Of a stretch of 45,116 nucleotides of DNA, positions 25,140-34,273 are shown piece by piece. The translations under genes and the position numbers were made by a program. A model generated the notes under the pieces. That model was not told the origin of the DNA. It saw nothing but the letters and a program-made list of their open reading frames with translations, and did not search any database. Every line of letters starts with the position of its first letter. Within the stretch, counting starts at the first letter, position 1. The DNA lies in IMG/VR virus record IMGVR_UViG_3300037461_000344, positions 1-45,116 of that record. One strand, given 5' to 3'. The stretch is from a virus (lineage: Duplodnaviria > Caudoviricetes).

Positions 25140-25700
25140 CTACTTCGGCCACGCCTTCAGGCACGCCGCTAGTTTCCCGCCCCTGACATCAGCATCGCGC
25201 GCACTTGCGCGTACCAGTTCTGCACTCTCAGAGAGTAGTCCAGCGCCTTCACTGAGTAGGCTGCCGCAGTCGGCAAGTGCTTCACCGAGTCGTCCAGCTC
25301 TAGCGTTACAGGCGGCGATGGAATCCTCGGAGCTTCTGGCGGCGCTGTAGGCACGGACCTGGTTGCGCAGGCCGGCAGCATCAGTGCGAGAAGCAGCGAG
25401 CTGGCGATTAGTGTCAGCGATCGTTGCATTGAGATCCTGTGTGGTGCGGATTGCATCATCGGCCTCCGTGCGGGCTGCATCAACTTGCGATTGCATCGTG
25501 CGCTCGGCTTCACGAGCCTTGGCGTGCGCGGCGGCCACTTGCGATTCCCAGTTGGCGATCGACTCCGCGTGGCGCAGTTCCAGCGACGCGATCTTACGAT
25601 CGGTGAACAGTTTGTGCGTGGCGATCCCTGCGGAAAATCCGATTGCTGCAATGCCGACGACTATCCAAAGGCGTGGCGAGAGAAGCAATGCCGGAATCAT
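25140..25700 (-). CDS. Inner-membrane spanin (Rz-like)
   Basis: N-terminal transmembrane segment and long periplasmic coiled coil; in the lysis cassette. Confidence 0.8.
   Translation of the reverse strand: MIPALLLSPRLWIVVGIAAIGFSAGIATHKLFTDRKIASLELRHAESIANWESQVAAAHAKAREAERTMQSQVDAARTEADDAIRTTQDLNATIADTNRQLAASRTDAAGLRNQVRAYSAARSSEDSIAACNARAGRLGEALADCGSLLSEGAGLLSESAELVRASARDADVRGGKLAACLKAWPK
25169..25429 (-). CDS. Outer-membrane lipoprotein spanin (Rz1-like) embedded in Rz
   Basis: MQRSLTLIASSLLLALMLPA-C lipobox followed by a Pro-rich segment, in an alternative frame inside Rz. Confidence 0.8.
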   Translation of the reverse strand: MQRSLTLIASSLLLALMLPACATRSVPTAPPEAPRIPSPPVTLELDDSVKHLPTAAAYSVKALDYSLRVQNWYAQVRAMLMSGAGN

Positions 25701-26359
25701 TACGTGGAAGCTCTGACTGTGACAGTAGCAACAGAATTCACATCAATGCTTTGCGCCCTAACTCTTCCGTTTGAAAACCTCATTTTCGACACGTCTGACA
25801 TTGTGAGTCCTGACAGAGTGAAACTGTCGTTATAGAAGTCAGCCCTAGTGCGCGTAAAAATGAGGCTATCTGACGTGAAAGTAAGGTCGCCCTGAACATA
25901 GTTCGCACCGCCACCTGAAAGTGTTGCATTGCTCAGGCTAGACAGGCTTGTTCCGTACGAAAGTTGAGTTACAAACGACGCCGACCTTCTCATTCTGAGC
26001 GCTGCCCTGACAGTCCCTCCGTCAGTAAGAAACTCAATATCAAGCTCCGCATAATCTCCAGAGTTCGATGTGTTTCCGGCAAAGAGCGGGATCGTGATAC
26101 CAAGGCTGAAGTATCCTGACTGGGTAACCGATCCAGTTTGGGACCAATCGAGAAAAGTGCCGAACGCCGTCTCGTGGCGGTACAACATGTCAGAAGGCGA
26201 TGCCTGATACGCCGCATAGTTCGGGTTGAGAACGTCGTCCTTGTTGAAATTAAGGCCAGCAGTGGTGCCGCCTACGAACAGCGAGACAAGATAAGGATCG
26301 TTCGATGCGTCGAACACATAAGGTTTTGGCTTGAAGAAACCTGGCGCCATCGGAATCAC
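25700..26359 (-). CDS. Beta-rich protein with N-terminal MIPMAPGFFKP; putative receptor-binding module
   Basis: GTG start overlapping the lysozyme stop, GGAGGA SD. Confidence 0.7.
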   Translation of the reverse strand: MIPMAPGFFKPKPYVFDASNDPYLVSLFVGGTTAGLNFNKDDVLNPNYAAYQASPSDMLYRHETAFGTFLDWSQTGSVTQSGYFSLGITIPLFAGNTSNSGDYAELDIEFLTDGGTVRAALRMRRSASFVTQLSYGTSLSSLSNATLSGGGANYVQGDLTFTSDSLIFTRTRADFYNDSFTLSGLTMSDVSKMRFSNGRVRAQSIDVNSVATVTVRAST

Positions 26360-26817
26360 GATATAGTCCTCCAGTCTCGCCCAAGGAACATCGCACGCTC
26401 GGCCTTGCGCCGTTTCGTCAGTCCTTCGATCACCTTGCCATCGGCCTTGTTCCACCGTAGGAACTCATCGGCCGCGCCACCGATGTCTAGCCGGTTCAGT
26501 TTGCGCAGCAGTGTAGACCCCACCAGCGCACCAGACCCTACGTTGTACGTAAAGCTGACCAATGCATCAAACTGACACTGCGTCATCTGCACAAGCACGT
26601 TATCGCGCACCCGTTCCTCGAACAGCCTGATGTCGCTCAGGAGCAGTTCCTCGGCCTTGGACTCGGTGATCGTATCGCCCTGGCGTACCGGGCCACGCGC
26701 AGTGTGTGTCGTCCCGTATCCGATGGTCCATACGTTCGCGCTGCACTGATACGCTTCGAGGCGCAATCCCTCGAAGTGCTTGATCAGGTCAATGCCGGGT
26801 TGGCTGATGCGGAGCAT
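26356..26817 (-). CDS. Endolysin, GH24 lysozyme
   Basis: FEG..AYQC..VWTIGYG (E-x8-C-x5-T), FDALVSFTYNVG and GLTKRRKAE. Confidence 0.95.
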   Translation of the reverse strand: MLRISQPGIDLIKHFEGLRLEAYQCSANVWTIGYGTTHTARGPVRQGDTITESKAEELLLSDIRLFEERVRDNVLVQMTQCQFDALVSFTYNVGSGALVGSTLLRKLNRLDIGGAADEFLRWNKADGKVIEGLTKRRKAERAMFLGRDWRTIS

Positions 26818-26827
26818 TGCAGCACTC

Positions 26828-27322
26828 TTAGACTAAAGTGCAAGACAAATTGTGATACCGGGTAAGCACAATGTTGCCACCAGCGGCAACAGTAGAAACT
26901 TGCCACTTAATGCGGGCAGTAACAGTCCCATCACTGAAATTTTTCTTAAGCGTCGTAAACCTGTCAAACGTCATCTGTTGCCAACCACTATCAGCTGGCA
27001 TAAAGACGTAATCAGTTGGAGAGACTTGTCCGCCGGGAGATGAACTTGTTTCTATTGTCCGCCTGACGTAGCAATTTCCAGCAGACACGCCCCAAGAAAG
27101 GTCGTGCCAGCTATCAGTGCACGTCCCAAGAACAGTTTCAGCAACGCCGTCAGGGTACCAGAGCTTGTCAATGAGCAACCCGCCATCAGCCTGAAACGTC
27201 ATGCGAACCCAAAGGCTTCCGAGTGCGTTGTCGAGATTTGTTGCTTGAGCGAATTGGTCCTCGCCGCAAGAATAACCGGACGAAACCTGAGGTTTGAAAA
27301 ACCCCGGTGCCATCGGAATCAT
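26828..27322 (-). CDS. Beta-rich protein with N-terminal MIPMAPGFFKP; putative receptor-binding module
   Basis: AAGGAG SD, ATG 27322. Confidence 0.7.
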   Translation of the reverse strand: MIPMAPGFFKPQVSSGYSCGEDQFAQATNLDNALGSLWVRMTFQADGGLLIDKLWYPDGVAETVLGTCTDSWHDLSWGVSAGNCYVRRTIETSSSPGGQVSPTDYVFMPADSGWQQMTFDRFTTLKKNFSDGTVTARIKWQVSTVAAGGNIVLTRYHNLSCTLV

Positions 27323-27326
27323 GCCG

Positions 27327-27542
27327 CTACTCCTTGTTCTCGACTTCTGGCTTTCCAAACGAGATCGGCTGACTAGTCACCAGACGCAGCAGGATATTGG
27401 TCATTGCGATGACGAAGGCCGCGGCCCCGTACAGCGTTTCGCTAAACAGAGGCTGAAGCAGCCTGAAGTGCATCTCCAAGCCGGCCAATATCGCACTGAG
27501 GAAGTTGAACCACAATGCCTTGGACGCCCACCAGACTTTCAT
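27327..27542 (-). CDS. Putative holin with two transmembrane segments
   Basis: WWASKALWFN...NILLRLVT; upstream of the endolysin. Confidence 0.65.
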   Translation of the reverse strand: MKVWWASKALWFNFLSAILAGLEMHFRLLQPLFSETLYGAAAFVIAMTNILLRLVTSQPISFGKPEVENKE

Positions 27543-28033
27543 CACATAGTCCTCCACAAAAAATTTGCAACTGCTTGTACCTCAGATGCTGTGGCGTTGT
27601 TTTTGATCCTGTTAGCCTTCATGCAGATGACATGAACATTGCTTGCTATGTAGCCAACAGAAGGAATTATTCGATCAATCGTTGGGGAGTTATCTGAACC
27701 ACCAGAAGCTGATGTTTCAAACTTCAATCCGAGAATGGGGCAGTGTGTCGGCATGTTTATATCTTGCCAGCGCAGATTAAATGGAACTCCTATTTTGACC
27801 GCTCTCTTTTTAGCTGACCAAACCATTTGTTTTCTTGGATCTTTTTTGTGCGCTTCACGCATCCGCAGAACTAATATATCTCGCTTACCTGAATGGTATT
27901 CGGCACGACGATCAGCAAGAATTTGATCTCTTTTCAAAGCGTATGCCACCTTCTTGGCGGCACTAATTTTCTCTCTATTTAAAGATCGATATCTAGCTTG
28001 GGACTCAAGTCTTTGTGGAGAACAGCGCATCAC
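27542..28033 (-). CDS. HNH-like (His-Me finger) endonuclease
   Basis: AKKRA, CPILG and SPTIDRIIPSVGY..NVHVIC..ANRIK; visibly AT-rich. Confidence 0.8.
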   Translation of the reverse strand: MMRCSPQRLESQARYRSLNREKISAAKKVAYALKRDQILADRRAEYHSGKRDILVLRMREAHKKDPRKQMVWSAKKRAVKIGVPFNLRWQDINMPTHCPILGLKFETSASGGSDNSPTIDRIIPSVGYIASNVHVICMKANRIKNNATASEVQAVANFLWRTM

Positions 28034-28584
28034 ATTGTCCGAGATGTTCTTATACTAAAGATTGAACGAGCATCCATATTGGGATGCGAGGCCGGACGGG
28101 GAGCGCGATCCAGCCCCTGCTTGAGCCGCTCTACATTCTCCATGCAGCCATCGTAGATCGGCTGGATACGGTGCCCGGTAATCAGGATGAATGGGCCGAT
28201 GCGGCGTTGATTCTCGGTGAGCGTTGAGCCGTCGGGGCCGCGCAACGTATATGTGCGCACCTTGCCATTGATTGCAAATTCGAGATTGCCTGCCAGCGAC
28301 TCATACTTGATTGTCGGCTCCTTGAGCCAGTCCGGCTTGCCGTGCTTGTAGGAGAATCCGTAGGCCGTGTTGCGGAACCCGAGCCAGATCACGTCGCCGA
28401 CGTAGCGACCGAGGTACTTGTAGATCAGCTTCATCGTCGGCTCGGCCTTGCCGAACGGACTGACAGGATCATCGGGGGTAAGTGCCCAGTCTGGATACTG
28501 ACCTTTGATCGCGTACACCGGCACGGCAACCTTCGCATACAGCGTTAGCGCAATCTTGGCCGCTCTATAGATCCACGAGTTCAA
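28030..28584 (-). CDS. Conserved phage hypothetical protein
   Basis: W..TPD and WL..RN.AYGF motifs, seen near tail and lysis genes. Confidence 0.7.
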   Translation of the reverse strand: MNSWIYRAAKIALTLYAKVAVPVYAIKGQYPDWALTPDDPVSPFGKAEPTMKLIYKYLGRYVGDVIWLGFRNTAYGFSYKHGKPDWLKEPTIKYESLAGNLEFAINGKVRTYTLRGPDGSTLTENQRRIGPFILITGHRIQPIYDGCMENVERLKQGLDRAPRPASHPNMDARSIFSIRTSRTM

Positions 28585-28943
28585 TGTTTACCTCCAACAG
28601 TCAGTGGCGGGAAGCACTCCTTCCTGCGCCGCTCGTAGCCGTCATAGCAGGCCGAGTCGACCACGTTGCGCAGGATTGCTCCGATGCCAACCAGGATCAC
28701 CGAGAACGCAGCAACCGGCGGCATCAACGGTGGCACGCCATACAGGTACGAGAATGCAAACCTCACGGTCAGCAATGTCCACCCCATTGCGGTCCACAGC
28801 CTCCACATCAGCGGACCATAGCCCGCCGACCCGATAGCTGTGTACTGCGACCCGCACGCAAGCGCAGTAATCACGAACAGCATCCCGATCAGCAGCGACG
28901 ACGACTGCCCGCCAAACATTATGCCGGTAGCGGCATCGATCAT
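28581..28943 (-). CDS. Multi-pass membrane protein
   Basis: At least three hydrophobic segments; TGATG coupling. Confidence 0.65.
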   Translation of the reverse strand: MIDAATGIMFGGQSSSLLIGMLFVITALACGSQYTAIGSAGYGPLMWRLWTAMGWTLLTVRFAFSYLYGVPPLMPPVAAFSVILVGIGAILRNVVDSACYDGYERRRKECFPPLTVGGKH

Positions 28944-29206
28944 CAGTTCTTGTCCCCGCGAATGGCCTGCTTGAAGCCCTCCCAGAATGCGAGGATTGCG
29001 GCACTGAGCAGGAATCCGATCAGCGATATCCAACTGGCCCGCTTCATCGACTCAAGCCATTCCTTGTGGCGCTGGACCCAGTGAATGGATTCGATCAGTT
29101 GCTGCTCGGTTATGCCGTGGCGCTTGGCCAGCAACTCCATAACGCGGTCGTAGTGCAGCGCAATCACGGCGCGCTCATGATCCGACAGTTCATGTCCCTC
29201 GGTCAC
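28943..29206 (-). CDS. Small protein with C-terminal transmembrane segment
   Basis: 87 aa; WISLIGFLLSAAILAFW. Confidence 0.65.
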   Translation of the reverse strand: MTEGHELSDHERAVIALHYDRVMELLAKRHGITEQQLIESIHWVQRHKEWLESMKRASWISLIGFLLSAAILAFWEGFKQAIRGDKN

Positions 29207-29270
29207 GATAGGTTCTCAAGGTTGCTGAATCATGGATTGTCGGTGCGGGCATGGGAAGTGAGCAATGGCT

Positions 29271-30290
29271 TCACTTAACGAGGCTGACGCCGTTGCGTTT
29301 CAGCAGTTCAACTAGCGCATCATCGAAGGTGACATAGTTGCGGGTTCCTGCTCCTGCCGCACGGCTACCGGCGTCGAGGTAAGTGATTCCTGGGATGCCA
29401 GCTTGGCGAAGTAAATCTTCTGGCCTTCCTTGGCGCAACATTTTCAAATCATCAAGAAGGCCAGCGCCTGTGCGCTGCGATCTTGCCGGATCAAGAAAGC
29501 GACGCTCTCCGCTTGTTCCAGTAACCCATCCGCCGCGAATCTTTGACACGGCATCTTTGATGCCTTGAGCCTGCTCACTCAACGGCTTATCCCAATCCAG
29601 AAAGTGCTTCGCACTCAGCGGGTCGGCAGCCTCGCGGGAGGCATCAGGCCAGCGGAGCGAGGCTTCGTATAACGATCCGCCGCGCTTGAACTCAACGCCT
29701 TCCTTTTGCCACTTCTCAATTGCTGCGATCTTGTCGTCGGCTCGCGGGCCGCCTTGCCTGCGAATCCAGTCCTTCGCCTGCGCGTATGGGTTTTGATACT
29801 GCCCATCAATGGCAGATGCAACATGCGCTGCAGCGGCATCCTCAACAGTTCCCGGCTTCGTCTTGGCTGCGTTCGGATACCAGTCGTTCATCGCGTTTCT
29901 GTAGCTTTCCGCAACGCCTTTGTCCTCAGCCCAATACAACCCATGCCCGTAAGCCTGCGCCCCCTCGCCGGTGCCGATATTGCTGCTGTCGGCCTTGTCG
30001 AACTTGTGAGGGCTACCGTGATACACCTTGATCGCATTGCGCATGATCGGGGCAACCTTGGTCCCCTGAAGCAGCCCGGTTAGCATTGCCAGTGCCGACG
30101 CACCTTCCTCCGCTGACTTCTCGCCAGTGAGGTACTGAGCGCTGAGCAGCGCATTGCCTAGCAACCCACCGATTCCAGGCGCATAACTCATCGGCTCGCC
30201 GACAGCGGCAAGCAGCCCCTGCGACCCTCGCTTGCGCCTCGCTTCATCTGCCGCCCTGAGTGTCGGCCCCGGCTGCATCAACCCGCTCAT
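29271..30290 (-). CDS. ART-PolyVal-like (ADP-ribosyltransferase-fold) putative ejected protein
   Basis: VYHGSPHKFD..IGTGEGAQAYGHGLY and GIPGITYLD..NYVTFD motifs. Confidence 0.65.
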   Translation of the reverse strand: MSGLMQPGPTLRAADEARRKRGSQGLLAAVGEPMSYAPGIGGLLGNALLSAQYLTGEKSAEEGASALAMLTGLLQGTKVAPIMRNAIKVYHGSPHKFDKADSSNIGTGEGAQAYGHGLYWAEDKGVAESYRNAMNDWYPNAAKTKPGTVEDAAAAHVASAIDGQYQNPYAQAKDWIRRQGGPRADDKIAAIEKWQKEGVEFKRGGSLYEASLRWPDASREAADPLSAKHFLDWDKPLSEQAQGIKDAVSKIRGGWVTGTSGERRFLDPARSQRTGAGLLDDLKMLRQGRPEDLLRQAGIPGITYLDAGSRAAGAGTRNYVTFDDALVELLKRNGVSLVK

Positions 30291-30559
30291 CGAAACAGCC
30301 CCTCCTTGATCCCGAGCAGCCCGGACTTCAGTTGATTCCAACTCGGCTGGCTGCGCGCGCTCGACAATCCGGTCAACTTGTAACCTTGGTACAGAGGAAT
30401 CGCCGCGAGCAGCGACAGCGCCATCAGCGGATTCTCACGCACCGATTCGCGGGCGAACGCACGATGTTCCTCGGCCGCAAGTGCGTCATGCTCGGCCTGA
30501 GTGCGGGCCTTGTCGCGGGCCGAGTAGAGTGCAGCGTGGGTGCCTAGGAGTCCGCTCAC
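30287..30559 (-). CDS. Small virion-associated protein (MSGLLG start)
   Basis: EHRAFARE motif; coupled start and stop. Confidence 0.7.
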   Translation of the reverse strand: MSGLLGTHAALYSARDKARTQAEHDALAAEEHRAFARESVRENPLMALSLLAAIPLYQGYKLTGLSSARSQPSWNQLKSGLLGIKEGLFR

Positions 30560-32136
30560 TTGAACTTTTCCTCGCCGAGCATGTTGGTGAGGCCTGCTGC
30601 GCGCAACAGCGCATCGCTGATCGGGATTGCAGCCGGAGTATCGCGAAGCGTGCGCTGCAGCGGGAATCCGCCGGTCAGGTATCGCTGCATCAACTGAGAT
30701 TCGATGATCGGATAAACGGCACCGCTGGCTACGTCCATCGCGTTACGAGCAATAGGAAGCGAATTCTCTGCAAGTAGCGCGCTCCTGCCCGGCGGCTTGA
30801 TCACCTGCCCCAACTTGGCAATCCCAGAGAAATCCCCGGTTCCATGCACATACGAGCGCGGTCTGTTTTGCTCCATGACGCGGGCCAACTTGTTGATCGG
30901 AACATCGCCCTCGGCAAGCGACTTCGGATCTTTGATGAACGATTCCTCGATCAACTTGTAGTTGGCATAGCGGCGATTTGCCTCCTGCCACGACTTGCGC
31001 TCAGAAGCAGACAAAGTACCGTCCATTGCCTTCTTCAAGCCAGCAACAAGATCTTCAAGTCCGTTAGCCAGTTCAGTGTTCTCGTTGGCTCGTGCATCGC
31101 GGGCTTGGTCCATCAGTTTCGACCTGATGCGCTGTGCGGTTTCGCCGCTGACGGATTGCTTGTTACCGATCAAGTCCAACGCTTCCTCAATCTTGGTTCT
31201 CAGCGCTGGAGAGGATGTCAGCCTGCCGCCAACAGATGAATCGGCGTCAACCGCAACGACTGCATTGAAGAAGTCCGTGTCCAGCGGCACAGTACGGCCT
31301 TTCATCATGCCGCTTACTTGACCGCCGATATCGTCCCTGAACTTCAGCAGCGATGCATCGTTCACCTCGCTCATCTCATTGCCGAGTCGACGAGTAATTG
31401 CACGATTGATTGCGGCTGTCTGAGCCTCGTTAAACCTCTGTTCCATGCCGCCAGTAATTGGCCTGTTGGCGCGCATTTGCTCCCAGTTGCGGATTACGTT
31501 GCTGCCGGTGGCCTCGCTGGTGCGCAATGGGATCTTCTCGTAACTGGCAGCGGTCAGAATGTCCTTTTGGGCCCGCGTCAGATTGCGCGCAGTAGTCGGC
31601 AACAGTGCATAAGCACCAAGGTTGCCAAGTCCCTGACCGGCAGCGCCGAGTCCAACATTAGCGGCAGCCTCAGATCCAGATGTCGTAGGAAACAATGATC
31701 CAGCCGCGCCACCAGTAAGCAACGATGCAATGGTCGACCCAAGAGCGGACTTGCCTCCTGGAATGAATGCCAAAGGAAGTGTGCCGCCAATCATCCCAAC
31801 GCCGCGACCAATTTTCTCAGCTTGAGTAACTTCAGGATTGAACTCTCGCCTCTCCCTGCGCGCAGCCTCGGCCGCATACAACTCGTCCTTGTTTGGCGCA
31901 GAAGTTACCTCGGCATAGCGCTGTTGCGCTCCTCGTCCAAGATCGGCAATCCCAGATCCGATGCCACCAAGGAAATCAAGTAGCCCGCCTGAAGGCTGAA
32001 CAGGTTTCGCTCTGTACGAATCTCTGTGCTGCATTTCGGAGCGCTGATCGGATGAATACTTGCGCTCCCACGGCTTTGCAGCAGCAGGCTCAGGCTCAGA
32101 GCCTTGGTCCGACCAGTTTTTTTCCCACGGGTTCAT
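30556..32136 (-). CDS. Internal virion (DNA ejection) protein
   Basis: 526 aa; PWE repeats, Gly/Ala hydrophobic stretch, helical; position after tail genes. Confidence 0.65.
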   Translation of the reverse strand: MNPWEKNWSDQGSEPEPAAAKPWERKYSSDQRSEMQHRDSYRAKPVQPSGGLLDFLGGIGSGIADLGRGAQQRYAEVTSAPNKDELYAAEAARRERREFNPEVTQAEKIGRGVGMIGGTLPLAFIPGGKSALGSTIASLLTGGAAGSLFPTTSGSEAAANVGLGAAGQGLGNLGAYALLPTTARNLTRAQKDILTAASYEKIPLRTSEATGSNVIRNWEQMRANRPITGGMEQRFNEAQTAAINRAITRRLGNEMSEVNDASLLKFRDDIGGQVSGMMKGRTVPLDTDFFNAVVAVDADSSVGGRLTSSPALRTKIEEALDLIGNKQSVSGETAQRIRSKLMDQARDARANENTELANGLEDLVAGLKKAMDGTLSASERKSWQEANRRYANYKLIEESFIKDPKSLAEGDVPINKLARVMEQNRPRSYVHGTGDFSGIAKLGQVIKPPGRSALLAENSLPIARNAMDVASGAVYPIIESQLMQRYLTGGFPLQRTLRDTPAAIPISDALLRAAGLTNMLGEEKFK

Positions 32137-33380
32137 GGCGTCTTTGCCCAGCTATTGGGGTTGTTGGGGTCGCCGCCAAGGTATATGTAGTCTCCATCTC
32201 GGAACCCTGGCTTTAGTCCGCGCTGTCCAGCAATCGGATTTGCCGGCTTTGGTGACGACTGCTTTGCACTGTTCAGTTTCTGCCGGCCCGTATCCGTTGC
32301 ATTGACGTTGATCCCTAGACCGTATGTCTTGTCCAGATAATCGAGCGCGGCAAAGTTGACCTCAGGATCTACTCCGGTGTCGGTGGCCATCTTGATGTAG
32401 AACTGCAACTCGACGTTGGAGTCCATTGCCCTTGCGCTCATACCGGTTGCCGACCTGATCTCATTGATCAGCGCCGGACGAAGCGCCGCGATCTTGTCCC
32501 GCGCCCGCTGGGCCTCGGTTCCCAGCGCCCTGCCAACATACTGACCGGGCAAAGTGTTCATCAGGATGTTTCTGGTGTTGTCCACTACGTTGCCGCCGGT
32601 CTTGACCGATCCACCTGCACTTTCAAGTTCTGTATAGGCGTCACGCAGTCGAAGCACGTTCTCGCTGACACGGCCCTTGGACTTCTCCTGTCCCTGAATT
32701 TCAATGGATAGTTTCTCGCTGGACGGCGCAGTGGACTCTTTAGTGAGCCAGTCGCGCAACATGCGCTGGCCCTCTGCCGAATCACGCGAAATCCCGGCAG
32801 CCTCCATCCTGCGCAGGAATGTGTCCTTTTCCTCAGCGGTATTACTTGACTGAGACGGCGTCAGGAACTCACCAGTTGATGGGCGAAAAACAGAGTTCCC
32901 GACCACCATGAAATCAGGAGTTGCCTTCTGCGGCTGCATCATCGCCTGCAACCCAACTCGCGCCAACATCGGATTGCCGGTCTGCATGAACTTCATCGCC
33001 TGCTCGCGCGCTGTCAGCGGAACTTGCTGGATCTGCATATCAGGGCCGGCGTCGCTAGCCGAGTACACCTTCTCCTGCTTCATGAGAAATGAAGGATCGC
33101 GTAGCAGACTGGTCAACTGCTGATCAGCAGCAGATTGGCGCTCGGCCTCGGCAATCTGCATATCGACTAGCCGATTGCGCCGTGCAAGTTCCTCATCGCG
33201 CTGCTGGAGCAACCGCGCCTGACCGTATCTGTTCATACCGGCCAGCCCGCCTTCGCCGATAATCTGTCCGACCGAAGTCCGCTGTGGACGAGGACCGGAA
33301 GCCGCAAGCATAGATAGGGCAGCACCGAGAATCCCTTGCGTCTGAGGGTCGTCCCAGTTGGTTCCGAGAAGTCCTGCCAT
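32133..33380 (-). CDS. Internal virion (DNA ejection) protein
   Basis: MAGLLG start; C-terminal DGYxYxGGDP..SW-type motif. Confidence 0.65.
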   Translation of the reverse strand: MAGLLGTNWDDPQTQGILGAALSMLAASGPRPQRTSVGQIIGEGGLAGMNRYGQARLLQQRDEELARRNRLVDMQIAEAERQSAADQQLTSLLRDPSFLMKQEKVYSASDAGPDMQIQQVPLTAREQAMKFMQTGNPMLARVGLQAMMQPQKATPDFMVVGNSVFRPSTGEFLTPSQSSNTAEEKDTFLRRMEAAGISRDSAEGQRMLRDWLTKESTAPSSEKLSIEIQGQEKSKGRVSENVLRLRDAYTELESAGGSVKTGGNVVDNTRNILMNTLPGQYVGRALGTEAQRARDKIAALRPALINEIRSATGMSARAMDSNVELQFYIKMATDTGVDPEVNFAALDYLDKTYGLGINVNATDTGRQKLNSAKQSSPKPANPIAGQRGLKPGFRDGDYIYLGGDPNNPNSWAKTP

Positions 33381-33389
33381 GTGTGGCTC

Positions 33390-34271
33390 CTAGCCGATCA
33401 GGCCGAGGCGCGGCCGTGCGAAGTTCATGTCGGGAATGAGGCCGGTACTGAATTGGGGCGGCGGCGGGATCGAGGTCGAGAACTGGGGCGGCTGCCACTG
33501 GCGCTGGGCATTGGCGGTGAGCACGTCGATTGAAGGCTGGTAGCCCTGCACCTTGCCATCGTTGCGCTTGGCATCGAAGTAACTGAGGGCGCCGCCAGCA
33601 ACAGGTATCAGAGTCTTGAGAACGGATTCGCTGATGCCGGTCAGGTCGGACAGGCTTTTCAGCAGACCGCTTCCTGCCGACGCGGCAGTTCCAGCGCCGC
33701 CAAGTGCCAGCGATGCGACGGGCTCAGTAGCGCCCCCAGCAGCCGATCCAGCCCCGCCAAGAGCAAGAGAAGAAACTGGCTCGGTTGCGCCTCCGGCTGC
33801 ACCACCAAGACTTAGTGAGGCTACCGGCTCGGTGGCGCCGCCTGCCGCCCCGCCGAACAGGCTAGGGAATGCCTGGCTCGCACCATATGCCGCACCCATT
33901 GCAGCCAGCGGGATCAGCGGCCCCCAGTTCTTCAACTGATCATTGGTGTCCCAGTGCATGGTGCTCTCGGGGGCTGCCGAGTAGCCGCCCTCGCCCTTCT
34001 TGAGCGTGTAGAGCGTCCCCTCCTTGTCGCCCGTCTTGACACGGAACTGTGGGTCCATGCCCTCGACATAAGGCATCAGTCCGAAGTTGCCGCGGGTAGT
34101 CCAGTTGTTGAACAGATCGGGATTCTGCGCGGCCAGTTCCGGCGACAGTTCCCACACGCGCTCGGAGGTCGGACCTATGCGGTTGCCGAGATAGTCTTCC
34201 ATCGGCAGCCCTGACCAAGAGCGGTCGGCGACGACAAAGGGGTTGAACCCGAACTGGAAGGAGTCGGCCAT
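33390..34271 (-). CDS. Internal virion protein with Gly/Ala repeats
   Basis: Three GGATEPVxSLxLGGA repeats. Confidence 0.65.
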   Translation of the reverse strand: MADSFQFGFNPFVVADRSWSGLPMEDYLGNRIGPTSERVWELSPELAAQNPDLFNNWTTRGNFGLMPYVEGMDPQFRVKTGDKEGTLYTLKKGEGGYSAAPESTMHWDTNDQLKNWGPLIPLAAMGAAYGASQAFPSLFGGAAGGATEPVASLSLGGAAGGATEPVSSLALGGAGSAAGGATEPVASLALGGAGTAASAGSGLLKSLSDLTGISESVLKTLIPVAGGALSYFDAKRNDGKVQGYQPSIDVLTANAQRQWQPPQFSTSIPPPPQFSTGLIPDMNFARPRLGLIG

Positions 34272-34273
34272 GA

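Noticed and set aside
25700-27322. Diversity-generating retroelement or invertible shufflon explaining the paired IPMAPGFFKP genes
   Set aside because: No reverse transcriptase, invertase or adenine-specific TR/VR pair is visible; the genes share orientation and the common DNA is synonymously diverged
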